Part shown: positions 9,982 through 19,949 of the stretch, piece after piece
How positions within the stretch are numbered: position 1 is the stretch's first letter
Layout of the letters: the number at the start of each line of letters is the position of its first letter
Virus record (IMG/VR): IMGVR_UViG_3300050821_001948
Span: 1-64,000 of that record
Strand: one strand, 5' to 3'
DNA from: a virus
DNA: 64,000 nucleotides
Made by a program: the position numbers and the translations under genes
Notes under the pieces: generated by a model
What the model was told of the DNA's origin: nothing
The model's input: only the letters and a program-made list of their open reading frames with translations
The model's database searches: none

Positions 9982-10333
9982 TGACGTTCCTGTTGGTGGG
10001 GAGATTCCTGACAGGGTACGTAAAGCGGTGCATGCTCGCGATAATCTCTATTGCCGGATGTGTGGGGCGAACTGCGAACTCGGCGGCATAGAGATTCATC
10101 ACATCTATTTCGGTGGTGACACGGTTGGCATTGGTGGCTCCAGGGTTCATGATTTTAACCTGATGGTATCCCTTTGCATGACATGCCACACCCGCGCACA
10201 TCGTTTCAAATTCAAGTGGCAAAAAGCTTTGATGTATGCCGTTTCTCATAGGGGTGTTACCGCAGCTCAAGTGTTACGCTGGTCTAAACGGTCACAAATT
10301 AACCGGAGATCTAAAACTTCTGATGCCACCTGA
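9971..10333 (+). CDS. HNH endonuclease
   Basis: RDNLYCRMCG...EIHHI...LCMTCH HNH pattern. Confidence 0.8.
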   Translation: MIGDDVPVGGEIPDRVRKAVHARDNLYCRMCGANCELGGIEIHHIYFGGDTVGIGGSRVHDFNLMVSLCMTCHTRAHRFKFKWQKALMYAVSHRGVTAAQVLRWSKRSQINRRSKTSDAT

Positions 10334-10410
10334 ATCAATCGTTTCAACCCAGGTAGGTTGCCGATGGGTAATGGTTGCCAAATTCAAGAACTTAGCAAAG
10401 GGATTAACTA

Positions 10411-12504
10411 GTGTCGTATTTTAGCTTCCGTCTACCGTCCGAATTCATTGAGAAGTACAAGGATCAGCAGGTCTCTTGGGGGTTTACGGATGCGGGGGGC
10501 AACAGTCTGGGTGAGATTACGTTCCTCAGAACCTATAGTCGCCTAAAGGATGACGGCACTAAAGAGAAGTGGTGGGAGGTTTGTCAGCGCGTCATTGAGG
10601 GCATGTTTTCCATCCAAAAGGATCACTGTAAGGCGAACAGGCTTCCTTGGCGTGCGGATAAAGCACAGCGTACTGCGCAGGACGCTTTCGATAGGATGTT
10701 CAACTTTAAGTGGCTCCCGCCCGGTCGTGGCCTCTGGATGATGGGAACACCGCTGGTTATGGATCAGCGCAACTCTGCTGCTCTTCAAAATTGTGCCTTC
10801 ATAAGCACCGAGGATATGACGCGCGCTGATCCGGCTGGGCCATTCACCTTCCTAATGGAAGCTTCAATGCTTGGTATCGGTGTTGGATTTGATACACTAG
10901 GTGCGAAGAAGGGTTTTCGTATCTACCGGCCTAATCCGAATAAGTACGACAGCTACGTGGTTCCCGATAGCCGTGAGGGATGGGTGGAGTCTGTTCGCCT
11001 TATCCTTGAGTCTTATCTAGTATCAGGTAAGGGTGAAGTCTACATAGACACCAGCCTGGTGCGCCCAGCCGGTGAGCCTATTAAGACTTTCGGTGGGACT
11101 GCTGCTGGTCCTGGCCCGCTTATTCGTCTCCACGAGAAGATTCGCGAGTTGATGGAGGCAAGGTTACTTGAGTGCAGCATTCTACATACAGTACCAACGC
11201 TAGATGTGGAACTAATTGCTGATATCGGTAATTTAATCGGCGTTTGCGTTGTGAGCGGCAACGTTCGGCGCTCTGCCGAGCTGATGCTTGGTGAATTGCA
11301 CGATCCGATCTTCAAGAATCTGAAGAACTCCGAGATGTTCCCGGAGCGTAACCGTTACTCTGATAACCCAGATGAGTCAGGGTGGGGATGGATGTCTAAT
11401 AACTCCATCATCGCTGAGGTTGGTCAGGATCTGTCCAGCTTAACCGATGCTATTGCTAACAATGGTGAGCCCGGCGTCGTGTGGATGGATGTGTCCAGGA
11501 AGTACGGTAGACTCATTGACCCACCAAACGGTAAGGATCGCCGCGCTAAGGGTTATAACCCATGTGCAGAGCAGACTCTTGAGTCAGGTGAATGCTGCAC
11601 ACTTGTTGAGTTGTTCATGAATCGTCACACGGACATCAAGGATTTCCAGCAGACGGCCAAGATTGCCTTCCTGTACGCGAAGACAGTAACCCTCCTCTCA
11701 ACTCACTGGGAGAAGACCAACGCAATCATGCAGCGGAACCGGCGTATTGGTTGTAGCGTCTCGGGCGTTGCTGACTTCACTGACACTAATAGCATGACAG
11801 TTCTTCGTCAGTGGTTGAACGATACTTATAAGACGGTCCAGTCCTACGACGAGTCTTATTCAGAATGGCTGTGTGTTCGTCAGTCGATTAAGACTACGAC
11901 AGTTAAGCCATCAGGCACGGTAAGTATCCTTGCTGGAGCTTCCCCTGGAGCACACTGGAGTCCCGGTGGCACCTTCTTTGATCGCGCTATCCGGTTTAGT
12001 ATGGACGACCCGATGGTTCTCCTGTTTGAGAACGCCGGATATCGAGTAGAAACGGACGTTGCTAACCCTGAGACCACAGTTGTGGTTTTCTTCCCAGTTA
12101 AGTCTGGTGCTCGGCGCTCCGAGAAGGATGTATCATTGTTCGAGAAGGCTAATCTAGCTGTTCTGCTTCAGAGGTATTGGTCAGACAACTCCGTGTCGGT
12201 AACTTTGACATTCAACCCGGAGACCGAGAAGGACCATGTTGGAACCATTCTTCACATGCACGAAGGTCAGCTCAAGACTGTGAGCTTCCTACCTTCGGGT
12301 AACTTCGTGTTCCCTCAGATGCCTTATACTCAGATCTTTGAAGGAGACTTTGAGGCGGCTCAGTATAAGCTGATGCGTGTTGACCTGGAACCGATTTATC
12401 AGGGGCTTGGGCGTGAAGCTATTGGGGAAGCTTACTGCTCCACTGACAGTTGCGAGATCAAAGATCTAACCGCCAGCATGGAAGCGCTCGTTCGTTCCAC
12501 GTGA
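10411..12504 (+). CDS. nrdJ: Class II (adenosylcobalamin-dependent) ribonucleotide reductase
   Basis: PPGRGLW, LQNC, GNVRRSA, GEPG, NPCAEQ, TTVKPSGT and a C-terminal CSTDSC Cys pair; no intein seen. Confidence 0.93.
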   Translation: MSYFSFRLPSEFIEKYKDQQVSWGFTDAGGNSLGEITFLRTYSRLKDDGTKEKWWEVCQRVIEGMFSIQKDHCKANRLPWRADKAQRTAQDAFDRMFNFKWLPPGRGLWMMGTPLVMDQRNSAALQNCAFISTEDMTRADPAGPFTFLMEASMLGIGVGFDTLGAKKGFRIYRPNPNKYDSYVVPDSREGWVESVRLILESYLVSGKGEVYIDTSLVRPAGEPIKTFGGTAAGPGPLIRLHEKIRELMEARLLECSILHTVPTLDVELIADIGNLIGVCVVSGNVRRSAELMLGELHDPIFKNLKNSEMFPERNRYSDNPDESGWGWMSNNSIIAEVGQDLSSLTDAIANNGEPGVVWMDVSRKYGRLIDPPNGKDRRAKGYNPCAEQTLESGECCTLVELFMNRHTDIKDFQQTAKIAFLYAKTVTLLSTHWEKTNAIMQRNRRIGCSVSGVADFTDTNSMTVLRQWLNDTYKTVQSYDESYSEWLCVRQSIKTTTVKPSGTVSILAGASPGAHWSPGGTFFDRAIRFSMDDPMVLLFENAGYRVETDVANPETTVVVFFPVKSGARRSEKDVSLFEKANLAVLLQRYWSDNSVSVTLTFNPETEKDHVGTILHMHEGQLKTVSFLPSGNFVFPQMPYTQIFEGDFEAAQYKLMRVDLEPIYQGLGREAIGEAYCSTDSCEIKDLTASMEALVRST

Positions 12505-12514
12505 AAGGATAATT

Positions 12515-12805
12515 ATGTCAAAGAAGAAGTGTCTAGATTGCCAAGCTAAGGATGAGACTATCTCGTCTTTGAATGCCATCATCAAGAGCCTGAATGAGAT
12601 GATTATGAGCTTGACTGCCCCCAAGGTTCCTAACGGATTCCCTGGATTCCCGGTGCAGCCTCAGCCCTGGTGGCATCCACAGCAGGTACCATTCTTTAAT
12701 GTGTCAGACTCATCAGATCCAATGGCTCACTGTCCTTGCCGTGTGGAGAATGGTGGTAGCGGGGTCTGTATGTGTGTCCAAGGTGGACCTAAGATCACCT
12801 GTTGA
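12515..12805 (+). CDS. Hypothetical protein (coiled-coil, Cys-rich C-terminus)
   Basis: 96-aa ORF with SD AAGGA. Confidence 0.55.
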   Translation: MSKKKCLDCQAKDETISSLNAIIKSLNEMIMSLTAPKVPNGFPGFPVQPQPWWHPQQVPFFNVSDSSDPMAHCPCRVENGGSGVCMCVQGGPKITC

Positions 12806-12810
12806 TACCT

Positions 12811-12856
12811 CGGCGTGTCGGCATCACTCAACTAGAACTGGATGGAATACTAAAGT
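12811..12856 (+). promoter_or_regulatory. Putative WhiA/WhiB-type promoter (CGGCGTGTCG ... AATACT)
   Basis: Intergenic; GTGTC at 12815-12819, 42 nt before ATG 12857; same 10-mer as at 5197. Confidence 0.45.
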
Positions 12857-13435
12857 ATGACTGAGACGCGCTTATGGGGCGAGACTTATCCCCGCGATGG
12901 AATCTTCAAGTACATCAGGGATACCACAAAGCCGCTAGCGCTTTGGGATGATAGGGCTCACCACCAGAAGATGGTTAAAGAGTCCGGCAATGTTGCCAGG
13001 TTCATCCTGGAGAACCAGCCAGAGAATCTGAACAAGGCTTTGTTGGATCTGATGGTCGCCTGTATGGACTGGCTGTACTTCAGGAACTACGGATTCGTTA
13101 CGGCTAGAAAGTTCATCCACGAGGAGCGACTTCGCCAGCAAGCCAAGTGGGGTGTAGAACAGGACCATTTGAACGATAGGTTTGCTTGTATCCTCTGGGA
13201 AGAGGTTGGTGAGGTAACCGAAGATCTCATTGACTCAAATAGCTCAGGCATTATTGATGAGATTGTCCAGGTAGCTGCTGTTGCTTGCTGCTGGCTGGAG
13301 TTCCGACTAACGTCTCTTCCAACCGATTTTATTGTTGATCTACCAAAGACAGTATCGGGGTCCATGACTGTTAAGGTTGATGACCCGAAGGCTTGGGAAG
13401 CGCTTGACCACTTCTTCGCTGGAGCCGGTGAGTGA
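12857..13435 (+). CDS. MazG-like nucleotide pyrophosphohydrolase
   Basis: RQQAKWG.Q...ILWEEVGEV...EIVQVAAVA all-alpha NTP-PPase motif. Confidence 0.75.
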   Translation: MTETRLWGETYPRDGIFKYIRDTTKPLALWDDRAHHQKMVKESGNVARFILENQPENLNKALLDLMVACMDWLYFRNYGFVTARKFIHEERLRQQAKWGVEQDHLNDRFACILWEEVGEVTEDLIDSNSSGIIDEIVQVAAVACCWLEFRLTSLPTDFIVDLPKTVSGSMTVKVDDPKAWEALDHFFAGAGE

Positions 13436-14409
13436 TGGCTAAGGAGCAGCAATCTGGCCTGGAATCAGCCCTTGAAAGTATCACTAAAGACTTCGGCGCA
13501 GGAGCTATTCAGCGCATTGGTGACAAGGTAATAACCAAAGTCCCAGCTACCTCAACTGGTTCTATTCGTCTTGACCGCGCCCTCGGTGTAGGTGGCCTTC
13601 CACGCGGTCGAATTATTGAGTTGTACGGCCAAGAGTCCAGCGGAAAGTCAACGATTGCACTACACACTGTAGCGAATGCCCAGAAAGACGGCGGCTTGTG
13701 CGCGTATATTGATGCTGAGCACTCCATTGATGTCGAATATGCGCAAGCTCTAGGTGTTAATACAGATAGTCTGTGGCTATCTCAGCCCAGTTCAGGCGAA
13801 GAGGGACTGGAGATCTGCTCTAGACTTATTAAGTCGGGTGCCTACGCGGTTATCGTCATTGATTCCGTGGCTGCACTAACTCCGCGTGCTGAGCTTGAGG
13901 GAGAGATTGGTGATGCCCATATGGGTCTCCAGGCCCGCATGATGGGTCAGGCTCTTCGTGTCATAACTGGTGCGGCAGCCCAGGCTGGTACGACTGTCAT
14001 CTTCATTAACCAGCTACGTGAGAAGATCGGCATCGTTTTTGGGAACCCGAACGTCACAACTGGTGGTAAGTCTCTGAAATTCTATGCCAGCGTGCGGATG
14101 GAGGTTTCACGTACAGGCTCTGACAAGGTAGGGGATGAGACCGTCTCCAATAAGACTAAGGTCAAGGTCGTTAAAAATAAGGTATCAGTCCCATTTCGAA
14201 CGGCAGAATTTGATATCGTCTTTGGCCAGGGAATTAACCGTGAGGGTGAAGTTCTCGATGACGGGGTAGTGGCAGGGGTTGTGAAAAAGTCAGGTGCGTG
14301 GTATGTTTACGGTGAAGACCTGAAGTGCCAGGGTCGCCAGGCTGCCTGCGAGTTCTTGCGAGAGAATCCAGCTATCCGTATTGAGATCGAGGGGAAGTTG
14401 AATGTCTGA
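13432..14409 (+). CDS. recA: RecA recombinase
   Basis: GGLPRGRIIELYGQESSGKST, IDAEH, IDSVAAL, FINQLREKIG, GGKSLKFYAS, VVKNKV. Confidence 0.97.
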   Translation: MMAKEQQSGLESALESITKDFGAGAIQRIGDKVITKVPATSTGSIRLDRALGVGGLPRGRIIELYGQESSGKSTIALHTVANAQKDGGLCAYIDAEHSIDVEYAQALGVNTDSLWLSQPSSGEEGLEICSRLIKSGAYAVIVIDSVAALTPRAELEGEIGDAHMGLQARMMGQALRVITGAAAQAGTTVIFINQLREKIGIVFGNPNVTTGGKSLKFYASVRMEVSRTGSDKVGDETVSNKTKVKVVKNKVSVPFRTAEFDIVFGQGINREGEVLDDGVVAGVVKKSGAWYVYGEDLKCQGRQAACEFLRENPAIRIEIEGKLNV

Positions 14410-15541
14410 GGAAGGTAGTGTTAATTACTCCCAGAACCGCCTAAGGGCTGAGTTAGCTCTTGCTGATGCGAATAAAAAGTCGATTCGTTCGAGGGAACGG
14501 GATTGGACGGTCGAACGAGGTTTCGCGGATACAACGGCTTATTCGTATGCTATCCCGGATCGAGCTAATCTACTTCTTGAGTCCATTGCTAATAGTCTTC
14601 TGGCAATATTAAAGCAACACGAACGCTAACCCGATATATGACATAGAACACATTTCCTGAAAGGTTCCGGTAATGGCAGACTTCAGGGATGGGGAATGTG
14701 AGTTCCCTTCCTTTGATGAATGCACATGCTCATGCCATAAGTTCCCTGGCGTGAAGCACTTCACAGCGTGCTGTGATGGGTTACCGATAGACTTTTGGGA
14801 TAGTGTTGACGAAGAGCTTGAGCTGTTCGGTAGCGCGGAATCTAGTAAGCCAAAGGGTCGTAGTGCAACCTATGAACCCCCTGGTGATTGGTTAAGTTTT
14901 GTAAACGATAAGAAGACAGGTAAGCCTCTTCGTGGCCCCGGATCGGAAGCAATCATAGATGACTAAGTTTGGTACAAAGATTTGGGACCAGGAGAGGTTT
15001 GGCTGGTTCATTAAGAGTGGCCCGACTTCAGATCTTGGCTCCGAGCAGGCTTATGTGCGGTGCGTTCGTAACAATGGTTACATGGCTGATGTAATCAATT
15101 ACAGAACGCTAGAGGTGATTTGGGATGACTAATAAGATTCATATCCGGGGCAACCCTACCCTTACGGTAAAGAAGGCCCCATTCCCTCATTGTAACTCCC
15201 AGGTTCTACATGCGCCGAACACCTGCGTCCACTGTGATGACTATCCTGAGTTGCAATCTGAGCGCGAGGCTGGGAAGACTCCGTTCACACCGGCAGAGTC
15301 TAATGGTTGGCATGGAAACATCGCCATTTCCCCCAGTACCACTTTTGGTCCGCGCATCAATCCTGGGGATTTCGTTATAGCTCGTGAACGTGTAGATGCT
15401 GATAATCTAGGACCCAATCGGGTGTATGCTAAGGTTCGGGAAGTTAAAGACACTTACCTGGTGTTGGATCTTTTCCCATGGGGGCCAACATTTGAGTTCC
15501 GGCATTGGCAGTTTGATAGGGTTGAGAGAATTCAGGGATGA
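14402..15541 (+). CDS. Four hypothetical proteins (14402-14629, 14673-14966, 14959-15132, 15125-15541)
   Basis: Coupled ORFs; 14959-15132 read by hand (MTKFGTKIWD...). Confidence 0.5.
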
Positions 15542-15912
15542 TTGTTGAAGGTAAGCGCACCCTCTGGAAGTGCGATATACTCGACGGCCCCTATATTCCC
15601 GGATCACCTGGAGACCGCATTCGAGTGGGAGATGATGGGACACATAATCTTGTCTCCTCCTTGACAGAGGACGGGAGACACATGCCCGCCATCGATCTAG
15701 ACATTCCTCACAGCTACCTACCTTCATCCACCCCTGGGCACGGGCACCTTTTCATTGATATGCCAATGTCATGGGAGCAATACGAACTTCTTCTGACTGT
15801 GCTACACTCAGTTGGAATCATTGAGGATGGTTTCTTCCGACTGTCACTTCAGCGTAAGGCGTCTTTCCTGAGGAAGCCTGGTACTTACAAAGAACTTGAG
15901 GCTGCATTCTAG
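15538..15912 (+). CDS. Hypothetical protein with DxD and SxxGHxH motifs
   Basis: PAIDLDIP...SSTPGHGHLFID. Confidence 0.6.
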   Translation: MIVEGKRTLWKCDILDGPYIPGSPGDRIRVGDDGTHNLVSSLTEDGRHMPAIDLDIPHSYLPSSTPGHGHLFIDMPMSWEQYELLLTVLHSVGIIEDGFFRLSLQRKASFLRKPGTYKELEAAF

Positions 15913-16661
15913 TGGACTTCCCGAATGGTCGGCGCATACTTTTGGCGGGCGATCTTCACAAAAATTTCCGGCATACCAAGTACATCTTCAAGATGGCTCA
16001 GCAGAACAACTGCGACTGGGTTGTAGCTCTTGGTGATGTGGGCTACTGGCCGCGTGGCAAGAAGGAGAATGGTCTTGACTTCTTTGAGGGTATTGAGAAG
16101 CTAACTCAGAAGTACAAGATTGATTTTGCGTGGCTACCCGGCAACCATGATGATTGGGACGTCCTAGAGACCGTTGTTAAGATCCAGGCAGAGTCCCCGC
16201 AGCAGATGACAGATCACATTTGGTTCCTCGGTCATGGCTGCCAGTGGACCTGGGGCACACCCGAGGTTAACGAGCGATCCTTTATGTCATTTGGTGGGGC
16301 CTACAGTATTGATCAGCAGTGGCGGAAGCAGGGTTGGGATTGGTTCCCTCAGGAGCTTCCTTCATGGGGTCAACAGGACTTTGCTTTAGGGCGCCCCCCG
16401 GTTGATATTCTCCTGACACATGATGCCCCTTGGGGGACTGTGCCATTTATTGATGAGCAGAATGATCCTTACCCTTTAAGTGCAGCTAACCGCATGTTCA
16501 TCTCCAGCCTGGTTGAGTCAGCCCAGCCGAAGGCGTTATTCCATGGGCACTACCATGAGCGTTTATCCAGGGTTGTTCATACAAGCTACGGATTCTGCAC
16601 CATGGACGGCCTTGATTGTGATAACACCGATGAGAAGTCTTGGCTGGTCCTGGCTTTGTGA
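15912..16661 (+). CDS. Calcineurin-like metallophosphoesterase
   Basis: GDLH, GDVG, PGNHD, THDAP, HGHYH motifs. Confidence 0.92.
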   Translation: MDFPNGRRILLAGDLHKNFRHTKYIFKMAQQNNCDWVVALGDVGYWPRGKKENGLDFFEGIEKLTQKYKIDFAWLPGNHDDWDVLETVVKIQAESPQQMTDHIWFLGHGCQWTWGTPEVNERSFMSFGGAYSIDQQWRKQGWDWFPQELPSWGQQDFALGRPPVDILLTHDAPWGTVPFIDEQNDPYPLSAANRMFISSLVESAQPKALFHGHYHERLSRVVHTSYGFCTMDGLDCDNTDEKSWLVLAL

Positions 16662-16682
16662 TGGCACTTTTGGCATTTGTAT

Positions 16683-17444
16683 ATGAGTACTAAAACATCC
16701 GATAAGGACAGTGTTGACCCGGCTCATCCTTTAGGAGAACTAGTGGCTCGTGCGCAGGCAGGTAAGCAACAGGAACATGCTCCGCGCAGAAAGGCTATTA
16801 GACCGAAGACTCCTAACCAGAAGCTCTATTGGGACGCCATCCCGTTAAATGACATGACCTTCGGTATCGGCCCCGCTGGTACGGGTAAGTCTTTCTTGGC
16901 GGTAGCTCGTGGCGTCGAAGAGCTGCAATCAGGTCGCGCTCAGCGTCTTATCCTTACTCGTCCCGCTGTTGAGGCTGGAGAGAAGCTTGGCTTCCTTCCG
17001 GGCACCCTGGAAGAGAAGATGGACCCTTACATGAAGCCTTTGATTGAGGCTATTAAGGACATCGCTGGGCGCGAGCAGTACGTGGAATGGATGGCTCTGG
17101 AGCAGATTGAGATTGCTCCGCTGGCTATGATGCGTGGTCGCACTCTGAATGACGCATTCATTATCGCAGATGAAATGCAGAATGCTACTGTCGAGCAAAT
17201 ACGGATGATGCTTACGCGCTTCGGGTACGGCTCAAAGATGGTTATTAACGGCGATCCTGAGCAGTCTGATTTACTGCCCTTTGATTCAGAGAACGGTCTA
17301 GACTATATTCTAGATGCTTACACCGTTGCGGGCGGCATCGAGGGCGTTTCTATGGTGGAGTTCGACCTCAATGACATTGTGCGACACCCTATCGTTGGGC
17401 GCATCCTCGGGGCCTTCAACAAACTAGAGCTATCACGCCCTTAG
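16683..17444 (+). CDS. phoH: PhoH family ATPase
   Basis: GPAGTGKS, LGFLPGTLEEK, MRGRTL, DEMQN, GDPEQSD, IVRHP. Confidence 0.95.
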   Translation: MSTKTSDKDSVDPAHPLGELVARAQAGKQQEHAPRRKAIRPKTPNQKLYWDAIPLNDMTFGIGPAGTGKSFLAVARGVEELQSGRAQRLILTRPAVEAGEKLGFLPGTLEEKMDPYMKPLIEAIKDIAGREQYVEWMALEQIEIAPLAMMRGRTLNDAFIIADEMQNATVEQIRMMLTRFGYGSKMVINGDPEQSDLLPFDSENGLDYILDAYTVAGGIEGVSMVEFDLNDIVRHPIVGRILGAFNKLELSRP

Positions 17445-18409
17445 ACCGGCTCCGTTCCTGTGAAATCACAATCATTGCAGGTGATAAGGAAGTACCTAAC
17501 GGAGCTGTTGATTTCCTCCTTCTCTTGCCAGGTACACCATAGGGAATCACACTTCGGGCAGTCATGGGTGTAGTGCCGTAGTGGGTTCTCGGATATTTCA
17601 TCCCACTGAAAAGATGCGGGAGAGGTAGTAGGCCCTGTTGGCGGGAAGAAGTGCTCGTCTTTCTCATCGTCCTGCCATTGCTTCTCGGTCAGCATAGTCC
17701 CAGCATATCCAAGAGTCTCTTGTTGTCTTCAAGACTGATTGAGTTTCGGCCAACATAGATGGTGGCCAGCTCACTTTGGATATCTGAGGTACTGATACCG
17801 TTCGGCCAATCCCAGTTGACAGTTTCAAATCCGACGCCTCGGTCTTTGCGCTCTCTAGTCATCACCATTGTGCGTGGGTAACCTTTCCGTCCTTGCAAAC
17901 AGTTACACGAATGATTGGATCATCATCTGCGAGCGCCCAGTCATCGATTACCGTATTCTTACGGCCACGACCGTACTCTTTCATCTCAGCTATGACACCC
18001 TCGGCATCGGTGAGTTCATTATCCAAACCAAGGAGTTTTGGACTAATTTCGAATCCTTCATACTCAAGTTCGATTGCGATATAGCCTTCATTTGGCATTA
18101 GCTTTCCTTCCCGTTGTTTTCAAGCCAAAGACGTTCGAGGATGTTATTGGTGTTGGTTATTATCTCTAACCGCTTAGGGGTTTCATCTTCGCGGTAACAG
18201 TTGACGTACCAGCCACTCTCTCGGTTGGCTGTAGGATGATTAATCCAGAACTTCCCACCAAATCCAAGGTCGCCTTGGAACCTCCACTCAAACAGATCGC
18301 CGTTCTGAGTTGCTCGCGCAAATGCCTCGGAGAAGGTATCGATGTCCTGGTGGGGGGCATCACAAAGGACTATGAGTAGGTGATAAATCATCTCGCCCAT
18401 GTTAACCGT
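17441..18409 (-). CDS. Four small hypothetical proteins ending the minus arm (17441-17695, 17689-~17876, 17862-18098, 18098-~18400)
   Basis: Coupled minus-strand ORFs converging on phoH. Confidence 0.45.
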
Positions 18410-18896
18410 TTTGCGCATTTTCCCTAATCTTCTTCCTAAGTCGACCGACATGACGCTCGGTTGTACCAGTCATTTCCGCTATTTTGGTAATTGAGCATCC
18501 GCGCTTGGTGAGTATTTCGACAGCTATTAATTTCTCAGATATGTTGAGTTCTGTCTTCAGCCTCCCCGAGCACACATCATTAACGACTGCCATGTCAGCT
18601 ACATCTATGCGGGGTCTTCTAATCCGTGGGACGAATCCCTCTTCACTATCGCTGGAGAACTCGCTCTCCAGGAACATAACTGCTTTCTTAACCCTGGCTA
18701 GGATATCGTGACAGTCATCTAAAACCTTTGGTTGAACTCTTCTCCTATTTGTTGGCCGCGCTTCAAGCCAATGATTAAGGGCTTCATCGAATTCTTCACT
18801 ACATTCGCGCAGGTCTTCTATTGCATTAACATAAAGGCTGGCTTTATTGTCGGCAATTTTGTGTGATGCCAGAGTTTCGTATAGGGCTGTCGTCAT
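18402..18896 (-). CDS. Hypothetical protein with C-terminal HTH
   Basis: LTKRGCSITKIAEMTGTTERHVGRLR resembles a helix-turn-helix. Confidence 0.6.
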   Translation of the reverse strand: MTTALYETLASHKIADNKASLYVNAIEDLRECSEEFDEALNHWLEARPTNRRRVQPKVLDDCHDILARVKKAVMFLESEFSSDSEEGFVPRIRRPRIDVADMAVVNDVCSGRLKTELNISEKLIAVEILTKRGCSITKIAEMTGTTERHVGRLRKKIRENAQNG

Positions 18897-18937
18897 ACCT
18901 TTACTTTCATTGGTGGGGTCTTTCTTACAACCTAAGC

Positions 18938-19945
18938 CTAGCCCAAAGACTTTTCCAGTGCAAGGATTCCTTCGAGACTCATTTCAAGTGATGTGGCTGC
19001 GCGGGTTTGCGCAAGTCCTAGCTGGTCTGAATACTCTGATGCTCTGCTACTAATCGTGCGCCAGTTTTCCAGGAGTCGCTCGTAGACCTTCGGAGCGATT
19101 GTTCCTTTAGCGTTAGCCGCTGCAACATCATCCAATAGTAGGCGACAATCATCCGCTACAGAATCCTGATATGCTTCACTGAGCATTAGCCTCTGCTCGT
19201 CAGTGTCAACCAGTGGGGCTTGTCCGAAGATGCACCCCTGTCCAATACTGCGAACGAGTTGCATCAGTGCGTCCATCTCTGCCTGCCGGGTTCGGTGGGT
19301 GAAATATAGCCCCCCACCGCGCACCGAAATGGCATTGAGGTGCTTCAGATAATTGCGTACGATGGTTCGGATTAGGTCACCATGAAGGTGGGCGCACAGA
19401 TCATCATACTTCAAGCGCAGATTGTTTAGGAGGTTATCGACTTCAGCCTTGTCGGTGTCTGATAATCCTGAGACTAGGCGGCATTTGAAGAATCCTCCTC
19501 CTTGTTTGCGGTCTTTCATATCGCCGCGATAAAATATCACGGTTGCCACCTTCCAGTAACTGAGGCGCAATCCCTTCTTATCCCTCTTCTCCATGGTGAT
19601 CTGCTTCTCTACACGTTCACCGTCTGAGGATACATCGCGCACCAGGAGTTCGATGGTTACATCCCGCTCAGTCCCAGCATATTTGTACCCGCTGACGTAG
19701 GTGCAGGCGCTTCGGAAGGCATGAACCTTGGTGGGTGGTACCGGAAGGATGGATTGTTCTAGCCCGAGCTTGTCGAACTGTTCTACCAGCCATTCGCGCC
19801 GAACACGCACGGGCTCCATGGTTCGCACACCGTCTTCGTGCTCTACCAGTCCGGAAATACTGAACCAGACCAGTGATCCAATGAAGGCACTTTCGGGGAG
19901 TCCGCCGAGACGTTCCGCGTAACTGTCGAGTGCTTCTATTCGCAT
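18938..19945 (-). CDS. Third gene of the AAA-VWA operon (DUF6744/DUF3150-like)
   Basis: 335 aa; GSLVWFSI, P....AFR, GGLYF, C-terminal helical bundle; 4 nt downstream of the VWA gene. Confidence 0.55.
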   Translation of the reverse strand: MRIEALDSYAERLGGLPESAFIGSLVWFSISGLVEHEDGVRTMEPVRVRREWLVEQFDKLGLEQSILPVPPTKVHAFRSACTYVSGYKYAGTERDVTIELLVRDVSSDGERVEKQITMEKRDKKGLRLSYWKVATVIFYRGDMKDRKQGGGFFKCRLVSGLSDTDKAEVDNLLNNLRLKYDDLCAHLHGDLIRTIVRNYLKHLNAISVRGGGLYFTHRTRQAEMDALMQLVRSIGQGCIFGQAPLVDTDEQRLMLSEAYQDSVADDCRLLLDDVAAANAKGTIAPKVYERLLENWRTISSRASEYSDQLGLAQTRAATSLEMSLEGILALEKSLG

Positions 19946-19949
19946 CTGT

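Noticed and set aside
10411-14409. Inteins or introns in nrdJ and recA
   Set aside because: Lengths are normal, motifs are contiguous and no C...HN intein ends were seen
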